The notes beneath the pieces were generated by a model. The model searched no databases, was not told where the DNA came from, and worked only from the letters and a program-made list of their open reading frames with translations. The position numbers were made by a program, and so were the translations under genes. A stretch of 64,000 nt of DNA from Hyphomicrobiales bacterium (GTDB taxonomy: Bacteria > Pseudomonadota > Alphaproteobacteria > Rhizobiales > Aestuariivirgaceae): NCBI GenBank assembly GCA_043754325.1, contig JAYUVC010000184.1, forward strand, positions 29,872-93,871, given 5' to 3'. This document shows positions 51,602 to 60,817 of the stretch, piece after piece. How positions within the stretch are numbered: position 1 is the first letter of the stretch; each line of letters begins with the position of its first letter.

Positions 51602-52444
51602 TTACCAGAGCAGCAGGCCCTGGGCCAGGCTGCTGGTAGATCTCACAAATCCGATGATTGCCGCCACAACGCCAGCGAAGACCAAACCATCGACCCGGTC
51701 CAGAACACCGCCATGACCGGGAATCAAATCGCCTGAATCCTTCAAGTCAAATTGGCGTTTCAGGGCGCTTTCGAAAATGTCGCCAAGTTGCGCCACAACA
51801 GCCAAGGCGGCTGCAACGCCCGCAAGTGCAATCCATGACGGCAAAAAACAGGCTGCATAAATCCCGGACACCAACGCTGCACCTGCCATGCCGCCGAGCA
51901 ATCCGGCCCAGGTCTTTTTTGGCGACAAAACGGGTGCCAGTTTCGGGCCGCCTATGATTCTCCCGGCAAAATAGGCAAAGGTGTCAGTGGCCCACACCAC
52001 CAGCATCAGCCACATGATGGCGTGAATGCCCCAAACATTGTCGGACCGGAGAAGCACCAAAGCCAGCACCGGCAAGGCTACATAAGGAATTCCGGCAGAA
52101 GCAAACAAGGACTTGTCGCGTTGAAAATAAAAAATCGCCGCGATACCGATTGCGGTGATGGCGAGCACGATTCCGATTGTCGGCAATACACCAATAGTTT
52201 GCGGCAACAATGCCGCGCACAACACAGCTGCGGCATGCAGCGCAAACTGCAAGGAACTGCGTTTGTGAACAATGTTGGTCCATTCGTGCGCCATCAGCAG
52301 GCCGAGAAACGCCATGAACAGCTCAAACCAGACGCCGCCCATCCAGATGTCAAGCAGCACCGCCGGAATCAGAATCAGCGCTGACGTGGCACGGACTCCG
52401 AGATCAGCCCATTTGCCTTTCATCGCGACAGCCGATTCAGTCAT
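51602..52444 (-). CDS. cdsA: Phosphatidate cytidylyltransferase
   Basis: WATDTFAYF.G, SPKKTWAG, KDSGDLIPGHGGVLDRVD. Confidence 0.97.
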   Translation of the reverse strand: MTESAVAMKGKWADLGVRATSALILIPAVLLDIWMGGVWFELFMAFLGLLMAHEWTNIVHKRSSLQFALHAAAVLCAALLPQTIGVLPTIGIVLAITAIGIAAIFYFQRDKSLFASAGIPYVALPVLALVLLRSDNVWGIHAIMWLMLVVWATDTFAYFAGRIIGGPKLAPVLSPKKTWAGLLGGMAGAALVSGIYAACFLPSWIALAGVAAALAVVAQLGDIFESALKRQFDLKDSGDLIPGHGGVLDRVDGLVFAGVVAAIIGFVRSTSSLAQGLLLW

Positions 52445-53172
52445 GCAGATTTTACTTTCAAGCCGCCAAAACGGCGTTCGCGGCCCCGATAATCCTCAAT
52501 GGCCCGGTCCAATATGGTTCTGTCAAAGTCCGGCCAGTATTCGTCGATGAAGACAAATTCAGTGTAAGCACATTGCCAGAGCAGAAAATTAGAAATGCGT
52601 TCTTCACCGCCTGTGCGGATGAGGAGGTCCGGGTCTGGCCATTCGGCGGTGTCGAGTTTGGCGGCCACCGTGTCCATGGAAATGTTTTGCGGTTGTAATC
52701 TACCCGCAGCGACGTCATGGGTCAGCTTCTGGATGGCACCCAGGATTTCCTGCCGTCCGCCATAGTTGAACGCAACAACCAAAGTCATGCCGGTGTTGTC
52801 AGCCGTCAGACGTTCAGCATCCTCAATCAGTTTGATGATGGTCTTGTCCAAACCTTCGCGAATGCCGATCATGCGGATGCGCACACCTGTGGTGTGAAGT
52901 TCGGCCACGTCCTGGCTCACAAAGCGCCGGAACAGCTGCAACAGAAAACTCACCTCGGCCTTGGGGCGAGACCAGTTTTCGGTTGAAAAAGAATAAACCG
53001 TCAGCACGTTCACACCGATTTCAGCGGCGGCCTTTACCGTGCGGCGCAGGGCTTCGATGCCTTGCTTGTGCCCCGCAGTCCGCGGCAGTCCGCGTGCGGC
53101 AGCCCAGCGGCCATTGCCATCCATGATGATGGCAATGTGGCGGAGCGGCAATGGCAAGCGGGTGTGCGACAT
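52441..53172 (-). CDS. uppS: Isoprenyl transferase (undecaprenyl diphosphate synthase)
   Basis: IMDGNGRW, FSTENWSR, NYGGRQE, IRTGGEERISNF, RERRFGG. Confidence 0.97.
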   Translation of the reverse strand: MSHTRLPLPLRHIAIIMDGNGRWAAARGLPRTAGHKQGIEALRRTVKAAAEIGVNVLTVYSFSTENWSRPKAEVSFLLQLFRRFVSQDVAELHTTGVRIRMIGIREGLDKTIIKLIEDAERLTADNTGMTLVVAFNYGGRQEILGAIQKLTHDVAAGRLQPQNISMDTVAAKLDTAEWPDPDLLIRTGGEERISNFLLWQCAYTEFVFIDEYWPDFDRTILDRAIEDYRGRERRFGGLKVKSA

Positions 53173-53184
53173 TGAAGTGTTGTA

Positions 53185-53751
53185 TCAGCCCTGCATGATT
53201 TCGATTTCCTTGGCCTTCGTCGCGGTGTCGATATCCTTGATCGTATCATCCGTCCATTTTTGAACTTCATCGGCCTTGTTCTTGTGCTCGTCTTCTGACA
53301 TCAGCTTGGCCTTTTCGAGCAGCTTCAGATGGTCCATGGCGTCGCGGCGAACGTTGCGGGCCGCCACTTTGGCTTTCTCGGAATATTGGTGGGCAACTTT
53401 CACCAGTTCCTTGCGGCGGTCCTGCGTCAGGTCCGGCATACGGAGGCGAATGACCGAGCCTTCGGTTTGCGGGTTGAGGCCGAGGTTTGAGGCGTGAATG
53501 GCTTTTTCAACTGCGGCCACAAGGCCACGATCCCAGACGCTGATTTGCAACAGTCGCGCTTCCGGCACGGACACTGATGCAACCTGGGTCAACGGCATGT
53601 TTGCACCATAAGCATCCACCTGGATCGGATCGAGCAAAGTGGCCGAGGCGCGGCCCGTGCGCAGGCCACCGAAGTCATGTTTCAGCGATTCAGTTGCACC
53701 GTTCATGCGGCGCTTGATATCGGGGGCATTGAAGGGTTCTGGAGCGGCCAT
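53185..53751 (-). CDS. frr: Ribosome recycling factor
   Basis: RTGRAS, LGLNP, LT.DRRKELVK, AARNVRRD. Confidence 0.97.
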   Translation of the reverse strand: MAAPEPFNAPDIKRRMNGATESLKHDFGGLRTGRASATLLDPIQVDAYGANMPLTQVASVSVPEARLLQISVWDRGLVAAVEKAIHASNLGLNPQTEGSVIRLRMPDLTQDRRKELVKVAHQYSEKAKVAARNVRRDAMDHLKLLEKAKLMSEDEHKNKADEVQKWTDDTIKDIDTATKAKEIEIMQG

Positions 53752-53766
53752 GGGATTTTTCCTTGT

Positions 53767-54483
53767 TCAGTTCTTGGTGACGCGAGTGAACTGGCCTTGG
53801 CCCGACAGGACCCGGGCCACATTCCCCGCTTCGCGGATTGAAAATACTACGACTGGCACATCACTGTCACGCGTCAGTGCAATGGCGGCAGCATCCATGA
53901 TTTTAAGGTTTTTGGACAGCACTTCGTCAAAGGTGATGCTGTCATAGCGTCTGGCCGTGGAATCTTTCTTCGGATCGGCAGAATAGACTCCATCCACACT
54001 GGTGCCCTTGTAGAGCGCATCGCATTTCAGTTCAGCGGCCCGCAAGGCGGCACCTGTGTCTGTGGTGAAGAATGGAAGCCCCGTGCCGCCGGCACAAATC
54101 ACCACCCTGCCCTTTTCAAGGTGATGAATACCTTTGGAGGCAGAATAGGTTTCGCAGATGGTGGGCATGGCAATGGCCGAAAGCACGCGCGCATCGCAGC
54201 CCTTGCCCTTCAATACGCCTTGCATGGCAAGCGCATTCATGACGGTTGCCATGATGCCCATGTGATCAGCCGACACCCGGTCCATGCCCTTGGCGGCACC
54301 CGCAATGCCCCGGAAAATATTGCCACCACCGATCACGAGAGCGATTTCAACTCCGGCTTTTTGGCAGTCAAGCACTTCGTCGGCCACGCGGCCTACCGTG
54401 GCCAGATCAATGCCGTAGGGCTGGTTTCCCATGAGCACTTCACCGGAGATTTTGAGGAGAATACGTTTTTCTTTGGCAACCAT
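53767..54483 (-). CDS. pyrH: UMP kinase
   Basis: [38 protein letters not shown]. Confidence 0.98.
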   Translation of the reverse strand: MVAKEKRILLKISGEVLMGNQPYGIDLATVGRVADEVLDCQKAGVEIALVIGGGNIFRGIAGAAKGMDRVSADHMGIMATVMNALAMQGVLKGKGCDARVLSAIAMPTICETYSASKGIHHLEKGRVVICAGGTGLPFFTTDTGAALRAAELKCDALYKGTSVDGVYSADPKKDSTARRYDSITFDEVLSKNLKIMDAAAIALTRDSDVPVVVFSIREAGNVARVLSGQGQFTRVTKN

Positions 54484-54594
54484 CTGGAAGTCCTGAACGA
54501 TTCGGTAGAGTTGAACATGATTAGCGCTATCGACTTAACCACACATTAGGAGACGATGTGGTACATTTTCCTTTTAATTTTGAAGGGCAACATC

Positions 54595-55161
54595 ATGCAA
54601 ATGCCAAATTATTTTTTTGGACTTAATGGCCGTATTGGTCGTGGCCAGTGGTGGAAAGCCCAGCTTTCCATGTTACTGCTTCTTTTTGTAGCGTTCATTG
54701 TGCCGATGATTTTTGGGAAATCACGACTCACAGCTGGTTCGCCACCCGATGTTGCTATGAACTTGTTTGTGGTTGCCTTTGCTGTTTTGGTATCGATAGT
54801 TGTAAATGTCTGTACGACTGTAAAACGTTATCACGACCGTGGAAAAAGTGGTTGGTGGTTTTTATTTCAGTTCGTGCCCATAGTCGGCGGTTTGTGGCAG
54901 CTCATCGAGTGTGGCTTCTGCTCCGGTGACGAAGGTGACAATGAATACGGCCCGCCACCTGGTGCCGGGCGTCGCATGGCATCATTGAAGAGTGAAGTAT
55001 CGGGCATGGCAGGATCATCGCGTGTACTTGCAAAACTCGATGACGACTATCTCGCCAATTATGCAAAAAACATGGCGACGCAGCAGGCGACCCAACAAAT
55101 GGCGGCTACCAGCAGTTTCGGGCAAAACAACAATGGCCGTCCTGCTTTTGGAAAACGTTGA
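54595..55161 (+). CDS. DUF805 membrane protein with C-terminal extension
   Basis: GRIGR..W, VKRYHDRGKSGWW, G..GDNEYGP. Hand-counted lines about 40-45% GC. Alternative start 54556. Confidence 0.85.
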   Translation: MQMPNYFFGLNGRIGRGQWWKAQLSMLLLLFVAFIVPMIFGKSRLTAGSPPDVAMNLFVVAFAVLVSIVVNVCTTVKRYHDRGKSGWWFLFQFVPIVGGLWQLIECGFCSGDEGDNEYGPPPGAGRRMASLKSEVSGMAGSSRVLAKLDDDYLANYAKNMATQQATQQMAATSSFGQNNNGRPAFGKR

Positions 55162-55171
55162 ATATCGGACT

Positions 55172-55259
55172 GGGGACTGTTTGCTCTTTCTTGCAAACTG
55201 TCCCCGAACTTCCCGGAAATCGCAGACCAGGGACAGCTTGCGATAGAGCAAGCAGTCCC
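55172..55259. repeat. REP doublet (REPIN-like), family E, cognate to the RAYT flanks
   Basis: 55172-55214 matches 45186-45228 at 41/43 nt. A second, inverted copy at 55230-55259 (GGGACAGCTTGCGATAGAGCAAGCAGTCCC). Confidence 0.9.
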
Positions 55260-55265
55260 TATTTT

Positions 55266-56189
55266 TTATGCGGTACCAGACATTTTCGCAACTTCGGCGG
55301 CAAAGTCGTCTTTACCTTTTTCAATGCCTTCACCCAGCTGCATGCGCACGAAAGCCTTCAGCAGCAACGTAGAACCGGACTTTTTGCCCGCTTCTTCAAC
55401 AGCCTGAGCAACGGTCTTTGAACCGTCGTGCACGTAAGGCTGTTCCAGCAGACAGTTTTCCTTGGCGAAGGACTTCAGGCCGGAGGCCACGATCTTTTCC
55501 ATGACGTTGGCGGGTTTGCCCACATTCTTTTCTTCGAGAATGGCAGCTTCACGGGCCAGTACTTCTTTCGGCACCGAGTTGATGTCGAGAGCAACCGGAT
55601 TGGTCGCGGCAATATGCATCGACAGCAAGCGGCCAAAGCCTGCGATTTCATCCTTGCTGCCAGTGCCTTCAAGTGCCACGAGAACGCCAATCTTGCCCAT
55701 GCCGGGTGCAGCCTGGTTATGGACATAGGACGCCACTACGCCGTCGGTAACTGACAGGCTGGCGGTGCGACGCACCGTCATGTTTTCGCCGATGGTGGCC
55801 ACCATTTCGGCCACGTAGGCGGCCACTTGATGTGTGGAACCCGGATATTGCATGGTCTTCAACGTTTCAGTTGAGCTGTCGGCATCGAGCGCCAGCTTGG
55901 TGATTTCAGCCACCATGGCCTGGAACTTTTCATTGCGGGCAACAAAGTCGGTTTCGGAGTTGACTTCAACCGCTGCACCCGTGGTGCCTTTGGTGATGAC
56001 GCCAACCAGACCTTCTGCGGCCACACGGGTGGATTTCTTGGCGGCCTTGGACAGGCCCTTGGCGCGCAGCCAATCAACGGCCGCTTCCATTTCGCCATTG
56101 GTGGCAACGAGGGCTGCCTTGCAGTCCATCATGCCGACGCCGGTTTTTTCGCGCAAATCGCGCACGAGTGCAGCTGTGATTTCAGCCAT
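55266..56189 (-). CDS. tsf: Elongation factor Ts
   Basis: LREKTGVGMMDCK, EVNSETDFVA, MHIAA, LGEGIEK. Confidence 0.98.
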   Translation of the reverse strand: MAEITAALVRDLREKTGVGMMDCKAALVATNGEMEAAVDWLRAKGLSKAAKKSTRVAAEGLVGVITKGTTGAAVEVNSETDFVARNEKFQAMVAEITKLALDADSSTETLKTMQYPGSTHQVAAYVAEMVATIGENMTVRRTASLSVTDGVVASYVHNQAAPGMGKIGVLVALEGTGSKDEIAGFGRLLSMHIAATNPVALDINSVPKEVLAREAAILEEKNVGKPANVMEKIVASGLKSFAKENCLLEQPYVHDGSKTVAQAVEEAGKKSGSTLLLKAFVRMQLGEGIEKGKDDFAAEVAKMSGTA

Positions 56190-56211
56190 GTCTATCTCCT
56201 GAATGGGAAAC

Positions 56212-56235
56212 GGGCCCGCGATTGTCCGCGGACCC
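56212..56235 (-). terminator. Hairpin between rpsB and tsf (possible partial terminator)
   Basis: Minus strand GGGTCCGCG-GACAAT-CGCGGGCCC with a short T run. Confidence 0.4.
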
Positions 56236-56257
56236 TGATGTCACGTTGTGAAGTGGC

Positions 56258-57016
56258 TTAAGCCGCTGGAACCAATGCTTCAGCAGGCAATTCTTCCATG
56301 GCGCCAACGTCAATGCCTGACGATGTGGCGGATTTCGAAATGCCTTCGATGATGGCTTTGCCAACCAGTTCGCAATAGAGCGCCACGGCACGGGCCGCGT
56401 CGTCGTTGCCTGGAATTGGGTAGGTAATGCCAGCTGGGTCAGAGTTGGTGTCGATGATGGCCACAACCGGAATGCCCAGGCGATTGGCTTCCTTGATGGC
56501 GATCTGTTCCTTGTTGGTGTCGATGACGAACAGGATGTCTGGAACGCCGCCCATGTCCTTGATGCCGCCCAGTGCCTTTTCGAGCTTGTTGCGTTCACGG
56601 GTCTTGTCGAGCAATTCGCGCTTGGTGATGCCAGCGCCGTTCGAGTTCACAACTTCATCAAGAACGCGAAGGGTCTTGATCGAGTTTGAAATGGTTTTCC
56701 AGTTGGTGAGCATGCCACCCAGCCAGCGCGAGTTTACGTAATACTGGGCTGACTGCTTTGCAGTCACTGCGATTTGTTCTTGTGCCGAACGCTTGGTGCC
56801 CACGAACAGCACGCGGCCACCCTTGGCAACGGTGTCAGTGATGGCGTTCAGGGCCTGATGCAGCAAGGGAACTGTCTGCGACAGATCCATGATGTGAATG
56901 CCATTGCGCGAGCCGTAAATGAACGACTCCATTTTGGGATTCCAGCGATGTTTTTGATGTCCGAAGTGAACGCCAGCTTCAAGCAGCTGGCGCATGGTAA
57001 ATGGTACCGAGGCCAT
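56258..57016 (-). CDS. rpsB: 30S ribosomal protein S2
   Basis: [29 protein letters not shown]. Confidence 0.99.
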   Translation of the reverse strand: MASVPFTMRQLLEAGVHFGHQKHRWNPKMESFIYGSRNGIHIMDLSQTVPLLHQALNAITDTVAKGGRVLFVGTKRSAQEQIAVTAKQSAQYYVNSRWLGGMLTNWKTISNSIKTLRVLDEVVNSNGAGITKRELLDKTRERNKLEKALGGIKDMGGVPDILFVIDTNKEQIAIKEANRLGIPVVAIIDTNSDPAGITYPIPGNDDAARAVALYCELVGKAIIEGISKSATSSGIDVGAMEELPAEALVPAA

Positions 57017-57155
57017 GGTATTTCCTTTTCCGGTTGATCCGCCACAGGGGATTGTGCACCGGAGGATTCCGGCACCGGACGGAGCAACCCTATGAGGCCC
57101 CGCATTTCGCTGCGCGAAAAGCTAGGCATGGGATGATCCAACCCTTGTGTGAGTA
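57017..57155 (-). promoter_or_regulatory. rpsB 5' leader (S2 autogenous control region, presumed)
   Basis: About 140-nt GC-rich UTR starting CTCACACAAGGG and ending GTGGCGGATCAACCGGAAAAGGA. Assigned by position and known S2 leaders; structure not modelled. Confidence 0.4.
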
Positions 57156-57198
57156 TTGAACGAACGGGTGGGTAGCAGGGGCGAGGCGCGAAGTCAAA

Positions 57199-57645
57199 TC
57201 AGACGCGGCGCAGGATATTGTCGAGTGACAGCCTGCCCGAACCCAATACCAATATGGCCAGAGCCATGGCGGCCCAAGTCAAGTGAATGGGCCAGCCCGA
57301 CGGCACGGTGAGCTGGATGATAATTGTCATGATGAGGAGTGCAAAGGCCGCCAGTCTGCCGAACAAGCCGAAAACCAACAAAATGGGGAACAGGATTTCT
57401 GCCACCCCTGCACCGTAGGCCATGATTTTGGGGAAAGGGTAATCGTAGATTTTCCCGAGGATGTGAAATTTGAACTCTTCTTCGAACAGTGTGATGGAGG
57501 AGTCTGAAAGTTTTCCAATGCCGGTCCATTTTGTCAGGCCGGACTTGAAAAACGGAACGGCAAGGCCAAAGCGTAACGCGAGGCACACCAGGGAGTCTGG
57601 AATGTATCGCGTCAGTGCATTTTCGAGAGAAGTGATCAGGCTCAT
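57199..57645 (-). CDS. DoxX family membrane protein
   Basis: LALRFGLAVPFFKSGLTKW, AEILFPILLVFGL..R.AA, HLTW, G.G.LSLD. Confidence 0.9.
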   Translation of the reverse strand: MSLITSLENALTRYIPDSLVCLALRFGLAVPFFKSGLTKWTGIGKLSDSSITLFEEEFKFHILGKIYDYPFPKIMAYGAGVAEILFPILLVFGLFGRLAAFALLIMTIIIQLTVPSGWPIHLTWAAMALAILVLGSGRLSLDNILRRV

Positions 57646-57745
57646 TGCGTTTTATTTTTACTTTTTGGTGGCCGGTGACGATGCTGACAAGGTACGCCGC
57701 AAAAGCTTCATAAAACATAATGATGCCGGGAAAAAGCGCGCAGGC

Positions 57746-57972
57746 ACTCCGTTCCCCTTGTGGGCAGGACTATCGCATATGGGGAAAAAGCGACCTCATC
57801 AGCCCTTCGGGCAGCTTCTCCAGAGGAGAAGCGACGCGGTTTGGGACCTTCTGAAATGCCTGATACTGGGGGGATATCTTCAATCCAGTCGCTTCTCCTC
57901 TGGAGAAGCTGCCCGAAGGGCTGATGAGGTCTTTCCTTGGCCATATCCGATAGCCCTCCCCAAAAGGGGGGA
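57746..57972. repeat. Extended family-A palindromic element (MITE-like)
   Basis: Perfect 44-bp arms 57792-57835 / 57888-57931, a 52-bp core, and about 40 bp more of degenerate outer arm on each side. Confidence 0.88.
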
Positions 57973-58004
57973 AGATGACTGAATTTACTTTCCCCGCAAC
58001 AGCT

Positions 58005-60737
58005 CTAACAATCGCCATTCGGGCAAGTGTCTTCTTGCGGTGGAAGGGGAAGGCGGGGGAAGCGCGGGAACCTTGGTGGCCGTCTTCGCGGTGGTTCTTC
58101 AATTTCCGGGATTTCCTCTTCGAACACGGGTGGCTCCTCTTCAATGATCACCCGAGGTGGACGGGGACGATTGACACGTGTCGGGGGCTTTTTCTTCGGT
58201 TTTTCCAAAACTGGTTTAGGCTTGGGCTTTACCGGTTTCAGCAACTGAACCGGCGGTTTTGACTTCACAGGCTCAACTTTTTTAACGGGTTGTTTGACAA
58301 CTTTCGGCGGATCGCAGGCGGCAAGTTTTGGCTCTTGCTTCACGCGTTGCAACAGGCCACCCAGACGGGCGCGCGCGATGTCGGCAAACACTCCGTCGGG
58401 GAAGGCATCGAGATAGGCGAGATAAGCTTTGTCCGCGCCCGACTTGTTGACATCATTCCAATAGCGCAGTTCGTCTTCCATTCCTGATCCGCCAGGTTGG
58501 GGAAATGAACCATCAGCAACAGGCAGCGGGAGTGTGCCTTCATCCGACTGTCTGTGCGCCCAAGTTTTGCGCGACAGCAACAACAAGGTTTCATCGATGC
58601 CGTCAGTTGTCTGGGATGCGCAGGGACCAACCAGATTGACAAAATCCCGCATGGCGCTGCGTTTTGCATCTTCCGGCAACAATGCCAGACGGCGCAGCAG
58701 GTCAGCGTCGCCTTGAAATTTGTCCGAAGCCAGGGCGAGGGACGTGTACCAAACCGCTTTTACCGGGTTGCGCAGATCACCTGGGCCTTGCGCGTAAATC
58801 CAGCTCAGGTCGGCGGTGCCATCCTGATTGCCGCGTTCGGCCCCCAGTTCGTACCATTTGATGGCTTGTCGCAGGTCTTTGGGCATACCATTGCCGTTGA
58901 AATAGAGCGCTCCGATATCGGTTGGGGCTGTGGGGTGTCCAGCGAAGGCTGAGCCTTTTTTGCGGGTCCGGTTTTTGACGCTGCGCGTGACTGCCGCATC
59001 AATGTAGCCAACGGCACGTTTCGGACTGGCTTTGACAGCGCCGCCGTAGAGATAAAGGCTGCCGATTTCGTCCAGGGCATCGGTGTTGCCGAGTTCGGCT
59101 GCATGCTTGAGAATGGCGACGCCCTGTTTTGGATCGGCCTTCATGCCAATGCCTTTTACGAGGTTGCGGCCAAAGGCCAGCAGCGCAAAGGGGTCGCCCT
59201 TGTCTGCGGCCAGTTTGAAAAAGGCATTGGCCTGCTCCAGGTTTTTTACAACTCCTTGGCCTTGTGTGGCCATAATGCCCAACTGATGGTTTGCCCTCAC
59301 ATAGCCTGCATCGGCAGCCTGCAGGATCAAAATACGGGCAGCTTTGACATTGCCCGCAATCAGTTGCGCGCGGCCCAGCAGATAGATGTAACGAATATTT
59401 TCCGGCTGTTCATCGACCGCTCTCTGGCAGGCCACCAAGGCTTGCGTTATGTCGATTTTGTCAAGCTCAACGCCTTCGCCGACGCCCTGCATATCCAGTG
59501 GTTCCGCCGCGAGCAGATCGCACTCATGCAGGCGTTGCCTGATTTTAATTTGAACGGGCAGCGCAGAACCATCGGCAGCGATGGCGGCAGTTTCAATGAT
59601 TATGGATGGAACGAGAAGTGCTGCGCTGTTTGCGTCCCTGAACACCTGCACTTCGGTTGAAGGTTCAAAATTGAAAGTCTTGAATTTGGCGAAATCAACA
59701 ACAGTCCCTTCCGACAGGACTTGATCATCGATGGACAAGGTGCCTGTCACCGGCATTTGCATCAGCTTGTAGACTTTGGCTTCCGGCAGGGATTGCGCCG
59801 ACTGTTCGTTGAGCGCGCGTTGCGGCCCTGCGCCTATCGTCACAGGCCCCGCCAAGACTTGACGGGTCACATCGATGGTCTGGATTTCCGCAAGCGACTT
59901 GGTCATTGCTGGCGGGTTGGTGGCAAGTGCCTTTTGGGCCGAACCATTCAGAAAAACCGGTTTGACGAGTGAACTGTTGATCCATGGGCGTTGGCTTTGT
60001 TTTGTTGCCTCCCAAACATCTGCTGTCACTTGCATCAGTGCTGACTGCACATCCACATTCTGGGAGAATGAATGCTTGATCACCGCAGTTGTGAAAGGTG
60101 AATTGTCGCCGGAACCATCGAGCGCCACTTTGCCGGGTTCGGTGGCATAGGCAATCAGGCTGCCCACCGGGCTTTTTTGTTCGGCCAGGCCTTTTCCTGC
60201 CGATTTTTCCTTGTCGTCAATACCCAACAGGAAAGCGCGGTCATTGAAGGGGTTGTCGCGGCAGGCATCAAGGTAAACCAGCTGGGCCTGCGAGTTGCTT
60301 TGCATGTAGAGCAGTATGGTCTGCAAACTATAGGTTTGGGTTTCAAGATCCTGCGGCTGATCCAAAGTGGCATCAACCGGAATGATCCGGTTTTCGCCAC
60401 CCACTTCAATGCCGTGGCCGGAATAATAAAACAGGCTGATATCGGCGCCATTGAGCGAACGCGCATAACGCCCGACAGCCCGTTCCAATTCCAGCCGTGT
60501 CAGGTCGAAAGCGGTGACAACTTCAAAGCCTTGTTTGCGTAACGCGTTCGATACAGCTTCAGCATCTTTTCGGGGATTGGGGAGTTGGGCAACCGATTGA
60601 TAAGCACCGTTGCCGACGACCAAGGCCACACGTTTGGTCCCGGCTTCAGCAAGACCAGCTCCGAAAAGTGCGGACAGGAAAATGGACAACAGTGCGAAGA
60701 GTCTTGCGCACTTCTGTGAAGATAATTGACGACACAC
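58005..60737 (-). CDS. Secreted caspase-like (peptidase C14) protein with Sel1 repeats and Pro/Lys-rich tail
   Basis: RVALVVGNGAY, LPNP..DA, FYYSGHG, YLDACRDNPF, IAYATEPG, several Sel1 repeats. GTG start 60737 with AAGGA SD, followed by a signal peptide. Confidence 0.85.
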   Translation of the reverse strand: MCRQLSSQKCARLFALLSIFLSALFGAGLAEAGTKRVALVVGNGAYQSVAQLPNPRKDAEAVSNALRKQGFEVVTAFDLTRLELERAVGRYARSLNGADISLFYYSGHGIEVGGENRIIPVDATLDQPQDLETQTYSLQTILLYMQSNSQAQLVYLDACRDNPFNDRAFLLGIDDKEKSAGKGLAEQKSPVGSLIAYATEPGKVALDGSGDNSPFTTAVIKHSFSQNVDVQSALMQVTADVWEATKQSQRPWINSSLVKPVFLNGSAQKALATNPPAMTKSLAEIQTIDVTRQVLAGPVTIGAGPQRALNEQSAQSLPEAKVYKLMQMPVTGTLSIDDQVLSEGTVVDFAKFKTFNFEPSTEVQVFRDANSAALLVPSIIIETAAIAADGSALPVQIKIRQRLHECDLLAAEPLDMQGVGEGVELDKIDITQALVACQRAVDEQPENIRYIYLLGRAQLIAGNVKAARILILQAADAGYVRANHQLGIMATQGQGVVKNLEQANAFFKLAADKGDPFALLAFGRNLVKGIGMKADPKQGVAILKHAAELGNTDALDEIGSLYLYGGAVKASPKRAVGYIDAAVTRSVKNRTRKKGSAFAGHPTAPTDIGALYFNGNGMPKDLRQAIKWYELGAERGNQDGTADLSWIYAQGPGDLRNPVKAVWYTSLALASDKFQGDADLLRRLALLPEDAKRSAMRDFVNLVGPCASQTTDGIDETLLLLSRKTWAHRQSDEGTLPLPVADGSFPQPGGSGMEDELRYWNDVNKSGADKAYLAYLDAFPDGVFADIARARLGGLLQRVKQEPKLAACDPPKVVKQPVKKVEPVKSKPPVQLLKPVKPKPKPVLEKPKKKPPTRVNRPRPPRVIIEEEPPVFEEEIPEIEEPPRRRPPRFPRFPRLPLPPQEDTCPNGDC

Positions 60738-60817
60738 TGTATAGCTTCCTTTCGAGGAAGCCCCCACTTCTCCGGCTAGCACAATACTTCTGATTGTTCC
60801 AACTGGATGTGACGTAG

